In this document: piece by piece, positions 30,739-42,884 of the stretch | Numbering within the stretch: position 1 is the first letter of the stretch | How the letters are laid out: each line of letters starts with the position of its first letter | Source: Candidatus Levyibacteriota bacterium | GTDB taxonomy: Bacteria; Patescibacteriota; Microgenomatia; Levybacterales; UBA12049 | NCBI GenBank assembly: GCA_016180725.1 | Contig: JACPAR010000005.1 | Span: forward strand, 22,654 to 86,653 | Length of the DNA stretch: 64,000 bases | Reading direction: 5' to 3' | Notes under the pieces: generated by a model | Seen by the model: only the letters and a program-made list of their open reading frames with translations | Told to the model about the DNA's origin: nothing | The model's database searches: none | Position numbers and translations under genes: made by a program

Positions 30739-30777
30739 TTAGTATTAATTAAACTAATACTAATTCAGTAGAAGTTT
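30739..30777. promoter_or_regulatory. Candidate Rrf2 operator (overlapping inverted repeats)
   Basis: TTAGTATTA-n7-TAATACTAA and AAACTAATACT-n5-AGTAGAAGTTT upstream of the rrf2-suf operon. Confidence 0.5.
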
Positions 30778-30804
30778 AGCGGATTTATGCGTTTATGTCA
30801 ACTG

Positions 30805-32439
30805 CTACTTACCTTTATAATGCACAAGCTTATATACCTTAACAACCGAAATATCCCAACTCTCCGCAATTTCTGCTCTGCCAAAACCGGCAACTTCCCA
30901 AGTAGGATAACCTAACGGTTCACAAAGACTTTTCTCACAAACAACTAATAACTGGTTAGTAACCGTTTTTCTCTTAGGATCATTTTGAGGATTTTCAATA
31001 ATTATTGGATCATGATTCCAGATTTTAAAAAAGTAGCGATATGCATGATCAGAATTTCCTCCGGTAATTAAAGCAAAATTATAAGGTTTTTGGTCTGTTT
31101 TTTGGTACACGAAACGTGAAATTGTTTCGGCTTGTGCTAATTGCCTATTGGCTGGAAAACGAAATGGAACCCCTGTAAGATTAATCCATGCAAGACTTAC
31201 AAAAATGATAATGCTTAAAATTTTTCCAACGTTTTTGTACGTATATGAATAAGTAATAAGGTTTCCAACCAAAAAAAATGGTAATGGAAACATGAATCCA
31301 AAATAGTAATCATAAATTGGTTTTTTATAAAAACCAAAAATAAAAACACCTAAAAACAACCACAACGCAATTAAACTTAATTGTTGGAATTTATTATCCT
31401 TTGATTTAAATGCTCTTAAATATTGATATAAAAATAAGAGAACACTAGTTAGCATTAAAATAAATGTTAACCAATACCAAATTGTAATAATATTTACATA
31501 AGCGGGTTGAGAAAATTGTTCAGGTGGCGGAAATTTAGTTACAAGTCTTCCAAACAATCTAAAAAATACATCCCAAACTATGGCAAAAAAATTACCTCCT
31601 CCGCTAACATCACTGGAATGAAAGATAAAATTTATAACACTTATTGAATTTGGATAACCGTGACGTACTTCAAAAGCCAAAAATGGCGACCACCCTACAA
31701 TAAATCCAATAAATATTAAAAGATAATCAATTAATATTTTTTTTAATACTAATAATTTTATGTTCTCCCTAAGACTAAGTATTCTTGTGAATAAAATGTA
31801 TGCAATGATTATTGCTCCTACAAAAGTCGCAATATAATGCAACTGCATTAAAATTCCAAATAAAAATCCACTTAAAATAAATAATGCTTTACTATCTTTA
31901 TTTAAAGCTTTATACAAGGCATACAAGGTTAGTAGAGTAAAAAATGGCATGAGGTTCGGATTCCACGAAGATCGTGAGTACGCCACAACAAGTGGAGAAA
32001 TTGCATATAACAATGAAGCTACTATTCCAGTTCTTGTATTAAAAAATTCACTACCAATTTTGTAAACCAAAAAAACTGTTACGATACCAAAAAAAGCGAC
32101 CATTACAGCAGGGCCAACCGGATTATAGTTAAATAACCAAAGAAATGGCGCCATAAAATAGTAATAAATTGGTCCGAGAAAAAATCCCCCAACAGAAGCT
32201 GTAGGGCCAAGAAGAGTAAAATTCCCATGAAGTATATTATATACAACCAATACGTCTCTTCCTTCATCGCCCAAAAACGTCATGTAATCTTGAATTCTAT
32301 AAAAACGTATAAAAGCGGATAAAATAAGAATACCTAAAATAAAAATATTATCTATTCTTCTCAAAAAACTTATTGGGTTTTTCATTGGTTTTATTAAATT
32401 GAAGATAGAAATTATAATTGCTGTGTCTTTTTTCGCCAA
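30805..32439 (-). CDS. ArnT/PMT (GT-C fold) family glycosyltransferase
   Basis: FLGDEGRD, GPIYYY, SRSSWNPN, many TMs; start may be 32385. Confidence 0.85.
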   Translation of the reverse strand: MAKKDTAIIISIFNLIKPMKNPISFLRRIDNIFILGILILSAFIRFYRIQDYMTFLGDEGRDVLVVYNILHGNFTLLGPTASVGGFFLGPIYYYFMAPFLWLFNYNPVGPAVMVAFFGIVTVFLVYKIGSEFFNTRTGIVASLLYAISPLVVAYSRSSWNPNLMPFFTLLTLYALYKALNKDSKALFILSGFLFGILMQLHYIATFVGAIIIAYILFTRILSLRENIKLLVLKKILIDYLLIFIGFIVGWSPFLAFEVRHGYPNSISVINFIFHSSDVSGGGNFFAIVWDVFFRLFGRLVTKFPPPEQFSQPAYVNIITIWYWLTFILMLTSVLLFLYQYLRAFKSKDNKFQQLSLIALWLFLGVFIFGFYKKPIYDYYFGFMFPLPFFLVGNLITYSYTYKNVGKILSIIIFVSLAWINLTGVPFRFPANRQLAQAETISRFVYQKTDQKPYNFALITGGNSDHAYRYFFKIWNHDPIIIENPQNDPKRKTVTNQLLVVCEKSLCEPLGYPTWEVAGFGRAEIAESWDISVVKVYKLVHYKGK

Positions 32440-33542
32440 ATAACTTTTCTATACATTGTAAAATTCCATATTAGTAAAAAACCCGTACCAACCAAAAAAT
32501 AAATAAAGTAATAAGTTCTACCAATAAGGTGTGTTCCTAAATAAATTGTGCCTGTTTGAATTAAAACGACTCCAATTGAAGAGCTTATATAAAATCCAAC
32601 AAGTTTTGTTAGATATGAAAGTATGCCTTTACTTGTTTCCTCTTTGAATGTCCAAATATTATTAAAATTATAATTTGAGAATATTGCTAAAACAGCACCG
32701 GCAAGATTAGCAGAAGCAGGATGCCAATTGTAAGATTCTACTAATAATCTTAGCGCTATTGCATTAATAACAAACCCTAAACCTCCAACAACTAAGAACT
32801 TTATAAATCTCTTAAGTTCTAATATCCTAGCAATTACTACATATTTTAAAGCGTTATATATGTACTCTACTGCAGGAAATTTTGATTTACCCAATGTTCT
32901 ATCGGTAAAATGGAAAGGAACTTCTCCTATTTTAAAACCATCTTGGACTGCTTTATGTAAAAATGCAATTTGGAATGTATAGCTTGGAAAAGGTCCTAAT
33001 TTAGATTTCTCTTTAAGGAAAACTTCCTTTTTTAAGGCTCTATATCCTCCTGTCCAATCATGTATATTAAACCTCATTAATATTGATCTAACTAAAAGGT
33101 TGCCAAAAACAGAAAATATTTTTCTTTTGATTGGCCAATTGGGAGGTATTGACCCCCCATCGCTATAACGGTTACCAATTACCATATCGTAGCCTTCTTC
33201 TATCTTTTTAAGAAATTCAGGAATTTTTTTGGGATCATGTTGTCCATCAGCATCCATTTCAAATATGATATCCGCTTTCATTTTGTCTATAGCGTATGTT
33301 ATTCCTCTTATATAAGCAGCACCCAACCCTTTTTTCACTCCAATATTTAGATCAATATTTTTATATTTCTTCATGAGCTCCCTGACCTCATCTACAGTAC
33401 CATCAGGAGAACTATCATCAGCAACCAATATGTTCATCTCATGATTTTTTATCATAGGGAATATCTCTTCTTCTAAAATTGGAATAAGTTCCCCTATATT
33501 CCCTTTTTCATTATATGTCGGAAGAATAATAACTATCTTCAT
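32412..33542 (-). CDS. Polyprenol-phosphate glycosyltransferase (GT2, DPM synthase-like) fused to GtrA
   Basis: ILPTYNE, DDSSPDGT, EMDADGQH; C-terminal GtrA-like TMs. Confidence 0.9.
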   Translation of the reverse strand: MKIVIILPTYNEKGNIGELIPILEEEIFPMIKNHEMNILVADDSSPDGTVDEVRELMKKYKNIDLNIGVKKGLGAAYIRGITYAIDKMKADIIFEMDADGQHDPKKIPEFLKKIEEGYDMVIGNRYSDGGSIPPNWPIKRKIFSVFGNLLVRSILMRFNIHDWTGGYRALKKEVFLKEKSKLGPFPSYTFQIAFLHKAVQDGFKIGEVPFHFTDRTLGKSKFPAVEYIYNALKYVVIARILELKRFIKFLVVGGLGFVINAIALRLLVESYNWHPASANLAGAVLAIFSNYNFNNIWTFKEETSKGILSYLTKLVGFYISSSIGVVLIQTGTIYLGTHLIGRTYYFIYFLVGTGFLLIWNFTMYRKVIWRKKTQQL

Positions 33543-34498
33543 ATGCTCTTAAAATAATCAATTGTTTTTGATAAACCTTCTTCTAAAGATACTTCAGGTT
33601 TCCATTGTAATAGTTTTTCTGCTTTAGCAATATCAGGTTTTCTAGTTTTAGGATCATCCTCCGATAGCTCTTCAAAAACAATTTCCGAATAAGAACCTAT
33701 CTTCTTTTTAATCACTTTTGCAAGATCTTCAATAGTTCTCTCGTCTGGATTTCCAAGATTAATCACTTCACCCGTTATTCCGTCTTTAAACATCGCACGT
33801 TTCAATCCTTCCACCATATCTTTGACATAGCAAAAACTTCTTGTTTGTTTTCCTGTACCATAAATAGTCATAGGCTCACCCCTAATTGCTTGATTAATGA
33901 AGTTTGAAACAACTCGCCCATCATCTGCTTGCATTTTTGGCCCATAAGTGTTGAATATCCTAACGATTCTACAATCTAAATCAAATTTTCTTACATAGGC
34001 CATAACCATTGCCTCTCCAAATCTTTTACCCTCGTCGTACACAGAACGTACTCCGTTTGGATTAACATTCCCAAAATAGGACTCTTTTTGAGGAGAGACA
34101 TTGGGATCTCCATAAATCTCTGACGATGAGGCATACAAAAATTTGGCCCTGTTCCTTTTTGCGAACTCCAAAAGTTGATAAGTTCCTTGTGAATTTGCAA
34201 GTAAAGTTTCTATTGGATAATTAATATAACTTCTTGGACTTTTCTTGTTTGGCGACGCAGGGGAAGCAAGATGAAATATGTAATCTATAGATGTCTCACT
34301 AACTATTGCCGACAAATCTTTTACAATGTCATATTCTATAAATTTAAATTGGGCGTCTTCTTGCAAACTTTTTATATTATCTCTATTTCCGGTTATAAAA
34401 TTATCTATGCAAATAACTTTGTATCCACCATCAAGTAATGCCCTACACAAATTTGATCCAATAAATCCCGCTCCTCCGGCCACAAGAATTATCTGCAT
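33539..34498 (-). CDS. UDP-glucuronate decarboxylase-like SDR
   Basis: GGAGFIG, HLASPASP, YDEGK, RIFNTYGP..DGRVVSNF. Confidence 0.88.
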   Translation of the reverse strand: MQIILVAGGAGFIGSNLCRALLDGGYKVICIDNFITGNRDNIKSLQEDAQFKFIEYDIVKDLSAIVSETSIDYIFHLASPASPNKKSPRSYINYPIETLLANSQGTYQLLEFAKRNRAKFLYASSSEIYGDPNVSPQKESYFGNVNPNGVRSVYDEGKRFGEAMVMAYVRKFDLDCRIVRIFNTYGPKMQADDGRVVSNFINQAIRGEPMTIYGTGKQTRSFCYVKDMVEGLKRAMFKDGITGEVINLGNPDERTIEDLAKVIKKKIGSYSEIVFEELSEDDPKTRKPDIAKAEKLLQWKPEVSLEEGLSKTIDYFKSI

Positions 34499-34502
34499 AC
34501 AC

Positions 34503-36447
<1,945 letters not shown>

Positions 36448-36497
36448 ATTAATAAGAACATCGAAGAAAATATTAAAGGTTAACTCCAATTAATTTC

Positions 36498-37793
36498 CTA
36501 TTTCCTTCCAACTCCTTGATAAACAAACCCTATTTTTTTTACCTCTTCTGGATCGTAAATGTTTCTACCGTCAAGAAGTATTGGTTGTTTCATAATATTT
36601 TTTATTTTTTGTAAATCCAACTGCATAAACTCATTCCATTCTGTTACAACAATTAATATATCCGCATCCGTTGCCACCGAATACGAATCTTTACAAAATT
36701 CTACGTTTTTTATCTTGCTTTGAGCACTCTTCATTGCTATTGGATCGTATGCTTTAACTTTTGCCCCATCCTGTTGAAAAGCATTAACAAGAATAATCGA
36801 AGGCGCATCCCGCATATCATCTGTATCTGGTTTAAAAGATAATCCAAGTATTCCAATACTTTTATTCTTTAAATCCCCTCCTAAAAGTTTTTTTGCTTTC
36901 ATAATAATTCCACTTGTTGCCTGACGGTTAATCTCTTCAACGTCTTTAAGCAAAGCGAAATCATAATTGTATTGCCTGGCAATAGCAATTAACGCTTTTA
37001 CGTCTTTAGGAAAACAGCTGCCCCCATACCCTGCTCCAGGAGACAAAAACGAGCTACCTACTCTTTTATCTAGTCCTATACCTGTCAAAACCTTTATACC
37101 ATCTGCTCCAGTTAACTCTGAGAGCTGAGCAATTGCATTAGCAAAAGAAATTTTTGTTGCTAAAAATGCATTGGCTGCGTACTTAATCATCTCTGCGGTT
37201 TCTATATTTGTCAAAACAAATGTCCCGTCAATTGGCTTATGCAGCTCTACCATAACGTCCCTTGCTTGCCTTGATTCTGTGCCAATTACAATTCTATCCG
37301 GATGCAGGGTGTCGGAAAGCGCTTGTCCTTCACGTAAAAATTCAGGCACCGATGCTACATCAAATGTTGTCTTATCGGATTTTACAGTTTCGATAATCTT
37401 TTTAACTTTTTGATTTGTTCCGGCCGGCACTGTACTTTTAGTCGCAACTACTGTGTATCCATCCAGATGCTTACCAATCTTTTCCGCCACTTCAAAAACA
37501 ACAGACAGATCTGCTTCACCAGTTGCTTTAGGCGGAGTTCCAACAGCAATAAAAACTACTTTTGATGCGGGAATTGCTTGGTCATAATCGAGAGTAAACA
37601 GAAGTCTTTTTGCCTTAACGTTACGCTTAACTAGCTCTTCAAGTCCGGGTTCATAAATTGGGATTACACCCTTCTTTAAATTGTCAATTTTTCCCCGTGT
37701 ATGACCTATTACCCAAACCGTATTGCCCAAATCAGCAAAAATTGCTGCAGTAACAAGCCCCACGTATCCGTGTCCTACAAACGTTATAGTCAT
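36498..37793 (-). CDS. ugd: UDP-glucose 6-dehydrogenase
   Basis: GHGYVG, PEFLREG, GYGGSCFPKD, FKPDTDDMR. Confidence 0.94.
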   Translation of the reverse strand: MTITFVGHGYVGLVTAAIFADLGNTVWVIGHTRGKIDNLKKGVIPIYEPGLEELVKRNVKAKRLLFTLDYDQAIPASKVVFIAVGTPPKATGEADLSVVFEVAEKIGKHLDGYTVVATKSTVPAGTNQKVKKIIETVKSDKTTFDVASVPEFLREGQALSDTLHPDRIVIGTESRQARDVMVELHKPIDGTFVLTNIETAEMIKYAANAFLATKISFANAIAQLSELTGADGIKVLTGIGLDKRVGSSFLSPGAGYGGSCFPKDVKALIAIARQYNYDFALLKDVEEINRQATSGIIMKAKKLLGGDLKNKSIGILGLSFKPDTDDMRDAPSIILVNAFQQDGAKVKAYDPIAMKSAQSKIKNVEFCKDSYSVATDADILIVVTEWNEFMQLDLQKIKNIMKQPILLDGRNIYDPEEVKKIGFVYQGVGRK

Positions 37794-37799
37794 ATTTTA

Positions 37800-38672
37800 T
37801 TAAATATTTATTTTATCTTTTAAGTAATTAAGTCCGTCTTGAAACTTAAACATTTTAACACCTAATTGTTGTATTTTATCATTACTTAAAGATAAATTGA
37901 AGGGTCTTTGAGCTCTTCCTTTAAAATATTCCTGGCGTGTTGTTTTGGTTATTAGATTTTTATCTAAACCAAAGGTATTTGCAATTAGAACGGCTGCATC
38001 ATAAGGATTAACAAATTGACTTCCAACAAGGTGATAAATGCCAATTGAATTAGACTCAATAAGCTTACCAAGACCACAGGCAATATCATCTATAAATGTT
38101 GGCGTCATAATATGATCGGTAATAGATTTAATTGTTGTTCCATCTTTTAATTTACTTAAAATATTTCTTACAAAATCTTTCTTTAAAGCAAATTCTGCTC
38201 TATAAGGATAAGCAATTCTAACAATAATAAACGGTAAACCTGAATTCATTACAACTTTTTCTCCTTCCCGCTTTGTTGCTGCATACCAGTTTATAGGATT
38301 TGGCTCATCTTCCTCTTTATATCCTCCATCCGGAGCATTACCATCAAAAACGAAATCTGTTGAAATATAGATGATTTTTTTATTCGTTTCTCTGCATGCG
38401 GCGACAATATTTTCTGTACCAACTACATTTATTTGCCATGCATCTCCGTTTTTTCCTTTTTCCTTGTCTTTTTCACATCCGTCTACGTCTGCTTTTGCCG
38501 CTAAATGCAAAACAATCTCTGCATCGGATGAAGTAATTACTGATTTTACTACCCTTTCATCTCGAATGTCTATACCTTTTTCCCAACTTATCTCCTCAAA
38601 TTCAAAGGGAAGCAATTCTGTAATTCGAGAACCAACAAGTCCAGATATTCCTGTTCCTAAAATTTTAACCAT
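37800..38672 (-). CDS. rmlD: dTDP-4-dehydrorhamnose reductase family
   Basis: GISGLVG, ISTDFVFDG, YAATK. Confidence 0.85.
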   Translation of the reverse strand: MVKILGTGISGLVGSRITELLPFEFEEISWEKGIDIRDERVVKSVITSSDAEIVLHLAAKADVDGCEKDKEKGKNGDAWQINVVGTENIVAACRETNKKIIYISTDFVFDGNAPDGGYKEEDEPNPINWYAATKREGEKVVMNSGLPFIIVRIAYPYRAEFALKKDFVRNILSKLKDGTTIKSITDHIMTPTFIDDIACGLGKLIESNSIGIYHLVGSQFVNPYDAAVLIANTFGLDKNLITKTTRQEYFKGRAQRPFNLSLSNDKIQQLGVKMFKFQDGLNYLKDKINI

Positions 38673-39672
38673 ATTGTTTTTTATAATAATCCTTATACTC
38701 GCCGCTTTTAACCCTTTTCCACCACTCCTGATTAATCTTATACCAATTGATTGTTTCTTCAAGCCACTTATCAAAATTATGAAGAGGCTGCCAACCTAAT
38801 TCATTTTTTATTTTAGACCAATCTACCGCATAACGCCTGTCGTGGCCTGGACGGTCCTTTACAAACTCTATCATGTCCTCACTTTTTCCTAAAATTCTCA
38901 AAATTTTCTTAGCAACAGTTAGATTATTAATATCTTCTGTTAATCCACCAACACTGTATGTGTTTCCAATTTTTCCCTTTTGAAGCACTAATTCAATAGC
39001 TCTGCAGTGGTCTTCTACATAAAGCCAATCCCGTACGTATAAACCGTCTCCATAGATTGGAATTTTCTGTCCTTCTAAAACATTAGTTATTGCTAAGGGA
39101 ATAATCTTTTCTACAAACTGATACGGACCAAAGTTATTTGAGCAATTAGTAATTGTAATTGGTAAACCGTATGTTATGTTGTACGCTCTTACCAAATGGT
39201 CTGATGCTGCCTTACTGGCTGAATATGGACTTCTGGGGCTATAATTTGTTCGTTCATTAAATTTATTCGGATCATCAAGATTAAGGCTTCCAAATACTTC
39301 ATCTGTAGAAACATGATGGAATCTCTTAACATTATTTTTTAGCGCTGACTCCAATAAGACCTGCGTACCTACTACGTTAGTCATCACAAAAGGTGCTGCC
39401 TGAAGAATTGAACGATCAACATGGGTTTCTGCTGCAAAGTGAACAACGGTGTCAACTTCTTGCATCGCTTTTTCAACAACCTCTGTATCACAAATGTCAC
39501 CATGTATAAATGTATAATTAGGATTATGCTCAACCTCTTTTAAATTTTCTAAATTCCCTGCGTAGGTTAATTTATCCAGGTTAACAATTTTATCGTCTGG
39601 ATGATTTTTCATCCAATAGAGAATAAAATTTGAGCCTATAAACCCAGCTCCACCGGTTACTAATATTTTCAT
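38665..39672 (-). CDS. rmlB: dTDP-glucose 4,6-dehydratase
   Basis: GGAGFIG, DKLTYAGN, HVSTDEV, PYSASK, RPGHDRRY. Confidence 0.96.
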   Translation of the reverse strand: MKILVTGGAGFIGSNFILYWMKNHPDDKIVNLDKLTYAGNLENLKEVEHNPNYTFIHGDICDTEVVEKAMQEVDTVVHFAAETHVDRSILQAAPFVMTNVVGTQVLLESALKNNVKRFHHVSTDEVFGSLNLDDPNKFNERTNYSPRSPYSASKAASDHLVRAYNITYGLPITITNCSNNFGPYQFVEKIIPLAITNVLEGQKIPIYGDGLYVRDWLYVEDHCRAIELVLQKGKIGNTYSVGGLTEDINNLTVAKKILRILGKSEDMIEFVKDRPGHDRRYAVDWSKIKNELGWQPLHNFDKWLEETINWYKINQEWWKRVKSGEYKDYYKKQYG

Positions 39673-40211
39673 AGTTTTTTCTTTCTCCTTAATCTATCTA
39701 ACATTAATATTCCAATCATACTGGCTGAGTGATTAATCTCCCCTAATATAACCTTTTTAACAGCATCTTCAAGCGACATCTTAATTATTGTTATTTCCTC
39801 TCCTGGCTCAGGATTTGACTCTCCCGGTTCTAAGCCCTTGGCCAGAAAAAGGTGAGCAGTTCCTTTAAATACGCTTGCTGCCAACTCGACTCTTGCTAAT
39901 TCTTCCCAATGCGTTGCAGTTAGTCCTGTTTCTTCTTTTAATTCTCTTTTTGCCGCCTGCAGAGATGTTTCCCCACTGTCTATAAATCCCGCCATTGCTT
40001 CAATTGTTACTTTTTTATGTAAATAACGATACTGCGAAACTAAATAAATGTCATAAGCCTGCGTAAGCGGAAAAACAGTAACTGTCGGATGACGCTTAGC
40101 GTTATGATGAATTCTTTTTTCACCATTTGGTAGTACAATTTCTGTTTCGTAAACATCAAAAAGTTTAGCCTTAAAAATAGTTTTCTCTGAAACTATTTTT
40201 ATATGACTCAT
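39669..40211 (-). CDS. NUDIX hydrolase (ADP-ribose/NDP-sugar pyrophosphatase-like)
   Basis: Nudix box AGFIDSGETSLQAAKRELKEETG. Confidence 0.9.
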   Translation of the reverse strand: MSHIKIVSEKTIFKAKLFDVYETEIVLPNGEKRIHHNAKRHPTVTVFPLTQAYDIYLVSQYRYLHKKVTIEAMAGFIDSGETSLQAAKRELKEETGLTATHWEELARVELAASVFKGTAHLFLAKGLEPGESNPEPGEEITIIKMSLEDAVKKVILGEINHSASMIGILMLDRLRRKKKL

Positions 40212-40636
40212 TTTACAACACCTTTTTCTAATTCTTCCTTTGTATACTCTACCTGCTCATCTTTAAGAGTTGGATCGTAGGGAGGATCAGGATAATTTAT
40301 AAGCCAAGCCTCCTCATCTCCCATATTTAACAAACCTGTTGCAACGTTGTTGGGAATAAAAAGTCTCTGTGGATTTAATTCATCAAGAATGTATTCTTCG
40401 GGAATTGTATTTCCGGCTTTATATAAAGTAATTTTCATTTTTCCTTTTATACACACGTAACGAGCAGCTCTCACTCTATGAAGATGATACCCTTTAAACA
40501 TCCCTGCCTTAAGGGTTGTTAGGTATATAACTGTTTTTTCTCCATCTTTATGAATCTCTGTTAACGAACCGTTTTCGTCCCCTTGCAGGTCGAATGTTTT
40601 TACTTTTTTGGCATCTTCAAGTCTTGCAATACTCAT
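40208..40636 (-). CDS. RmlC/WxcM-like cupin (dTDP-sugar epimerase/isomerase)
   Basis: DENGSLTEI, KGYHLH, LFIP; located between rmlA and rmlB. Confidence 0.75.
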   Translation of the reverse strand: MSIARLEDAKKVKTFDLQGDENGSLTEIHKDGEKTVIYLTTLKAGMFKGYHLHRVRAARYVCIKGKMKITLYKAGNTIPEEYILDELNPQRLFIPNNVATGLLNMGDEEAWLINYPDPPYDPTLKDEQVEYTKEELEKGVVK

Positions 40637-41373
40637 AATAATTCTCCGCTTTTTACCTTTTCTGCAACTAAATTATTTGCCCTCAATAACTCATCAAATG
40701 ATGTGCCCGCATCAACCCACCAATCTATTATCTCACACTCCATAGAACCTTCTTTAACATATATGTTATTTAAATCCGTAACTTCCAATTCACCTCTTTT
40801 TGAAGGCGCTAATGCTTGTATAAAATCAAATACCCTATGATCGTACATGTAAATTCCCGTTTGAATTATATTTGACTTTGGATTTTCGGGTTTTTCTTCG
40901 ATGGACAAAACTTTTCCATTCTTATCTATTTCTATTACACCATACTGGCTTGGGTCGTTAGGCGCTTCTATCCCAAAGATCATGGCTCCACGATCTTTTG
41001 TTTTAAATTTCTCTACAGTATTTAATAAGTTAAAATTAAAAATATTATCACCTAAAATAACAAGAACTTTTTCGCCCTTTGCAAATTCGTCTGCCAATGC
41101 AATTGCTTCGGCAATTCCACCTTTGGGATTACTTTGTATTGCATAAAATAACTGTAAGCCAAAATCTTCACCTGTTTTAAGCAAGTTTTCAAAATGGCCT
41201 GAATGATCTAATGAACTTGTAATTAATACATCTTTTATACCCGCTCTTACCATTGCTTCCAAAGGGTAATAGATCATCGGCTTATTATAAATTGGCAACA
41301 AATGCTTATTTGTTACCCATGTTAGAGGACGAAGTCTTGTTGCCAATCCTCCCGCTAAAATTATTCCTTTCAT
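40633..41373 (-). CDS. rmlA: Glucose-1-phosphate thymidylyltransferase
   Basis: GIILAGG.ATRLRPLT, KPMIYYP, LGDN, EEKP, RGELEVTD. Confidence 0.92.
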   Translation of the reverse strand: MKGIILAGGLATRLRPLTWVTNKHLLPIYNKPMIYYPLEAMVRAGIKDVLITSSLDHSGHFENLLKTGEDFGLQLFYAIQSNPKGGIAEAIALADEFAKGEKVLVILGDNIFNFNLLNTVEKFKTKDRGAMIFGIEAPNDPSQYGVIEIDKNGKVLSIEEKPENPKSNIIQTGIYMYDHRVFDFIQALAPSKRGELEVTDLNNIYVKEGSMECEIIDWWVDAGTSFDELLRANNLVAEKVKSGELL

Positions 41374-41627
41374 AATCCTTTTAAAAGAAACAAAATTACA
41401 GTTACTCCGAGACTTCCTATAAGAATATATTCTATCACAATTTTTGCAGTTAAGTCATGATGTATGAAATGATGAAGAATTCCAAAACCTACATAAAAAA
41501 TTGATGTAAGCAAAATTATAATCATCTGGAGTTTTCTATCATAAGAAAGCTGCATGGCCAAAAATATTCCGAGTGCCAATATCAATAAAAGAGATAAATA
41601 ATATCCCGTATGTTTTTTTATTATCAT
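41370..41627 (-). CDS. Small three-TM hypothetical membrane protein
   Basis: Hydrophobic ORF; YVGFGILHH, IEY; 4-nt overlaps on both sides. Confidence 0.7.
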   Translation of the reverse strand: MIIKKHTGYYLSLLLILALGIFLAMQLSYDRKLQMIIILLTSIFYVGFGILHHFIHHDLTAKIVIEYILIGSLGVTVILFLLKGL

Positions 41628-42499
41628 TGAAGTATAACTCTCGTACTAAACAAAATAACAAATAGCAAAATTGCTCCTAAGAAAGCTAAGTGATCCATAT
41701 TATGGCCAACCAAGCGTGAAATTTTCTTTCTTTCTATTATTATCATATCCGAAAGAAGCGTTACAATAAAGATAACAAGTATTAGTGTGGAAAGATTTTT
41801 AGTCAAGCTGTTAACACTAATTAATGACTGTGCCGAAACTGCAGCAATAGATTGTTGCCCCAACGCGGATTCTAAGGATATAACAGAAGGAACTACAGGC
41901 TGCAAACTGTTTTCCGGCTTTGCAGCAAGCGGACTAAGATTTTTACCCCCAAACATCTCAACTATAAGAGTTGTATCTTCTCCCATTAGTTTTCCTTGAA
42001 CAATTGCAAAACCAACCTCCTGATAATTTTTAGAAAGAACATTCTCTCTATGAGATGTACTTGCCATCCATGCGTCCACAATTGAACCAGAAGATGTAAA
42101 ACCTCTGGCAAGATTTTCTCCCGCATATGTATAGTCGTATCCTACTTTTTTAAAAAATGTCCATGGTGAAGTACCATCTGGAGATGTATGAGCCCAGTAA
42201 TTTTTTGTAAACATATCTTTAGCTTTTAAGGCTGCAGCTTGAGAAAGTTGATCGTTTAAAGTTAAAGACGTGAATCCCTCTGACTGGCGTTTTTGGTTTG
42301 TAATAATAAGAAGCTCTTGAGAAGAAATATCAATTGTTGTTCCCAAAACAGAAGAAAAATTTGTTTTGGCAATATTAATAAAAAGCTGCCCCACAAGAAG
42401 AAAAATAATAACAATAAGTATGCTTTGATGATGAAGGATTTTGGCGCGGTGATTATTTGATTCCCGTGGAACAAATAAATGATGAAAAAAATCTCGCAT
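41624..42499 (-). CDS. CAP/SCP domain membrane protein
   Basis: TNQKR, KAKDM...YWAH, AGENLA, WMASTSHRENVL. Confidence 0.88.
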   Translation of the reverse strand: MRDFFHHLFVPRESNNHRAKILHHQSILIVIIFLLVGQLFINIAKTNFSSVLGTTIDISSQELLIITNQKRQSEGFTSLTLNDQLSQAAALKAKDMFTKNYWAHTSPDGTSPWTFFKKVGYDYTYAGENLARGFTSSGSIVDAWMASTSHRENVLSKNYQEVGFAIVQGKLMGEDTTLIVEMFGGKNLSPLAAKPENSLQPVVPSVISLESALGQQSIAAVSAQSLISVNSLTKNLSTLILVIFIVTLLSDMIIIERKKISRLVGHNMDHLAFLGAILLFVILFSTRVILQ

Positions 42500-42511
42500 A
42501 TTACCAGTATA

Positions 42512-42826
42512 TCATTGGTATAGCGGCTCTACAAATTCACCAATTTTTTTCCCGTTAACAGGAATTTTTAATGCAAAAGAAAAAGCATTTGCAATTGCAA
42601 TTCCTACCCGTAGTCCGGTAAAAGAACCCGGCCCCGCATTTACTTCAATTTTTTCTAAATCATCTAATTTAAGATTATGCTTTTTTAGCAATTGATCTAT
42701 TAAAGGCAATACAACCTGTGCTTTTTGAACACCGATTTCTTGCTCAACCTTATCTTCTTTACCATTTATTTGTAATTTGACAATGATTTTTTTATTACTT
42801 GATGTATCTATATACAACGTACTCAT
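42512..42826 (-). CDS. tsaB: TsaB (YeaZ), N-terminal-domain-only form
   Basis: IDTSS, GPGSFTGLRVG; 104 aa. Confidence 0.88.
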   Translation of the reverse strand: MSTLYIDTSSNKKIIVKLQINGKEDKVEQEIGVQKAQVVLPLIDQLLKKHNLKLDDLEKIEVNAGPGSFTGLRVGIAIANAFSFALKIPVNGKKIGEFVEPLYQ

Positions 42827-42830
42827 AAAT

Positions 42831-42884
42831 TGTCATCCCGAATTTATTTCGGGATCTAGATTCTGAAATGGATTCAGAATGACA
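42831..42884. repeat. REP/RPE-like double-hairpin element
   Basis: TGTCAT...ATGACA ends; hairpins ATCCCGAA/TTCGGGAT and ATTCTGAA/TTCAGAAT. Confidence 0.75.
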
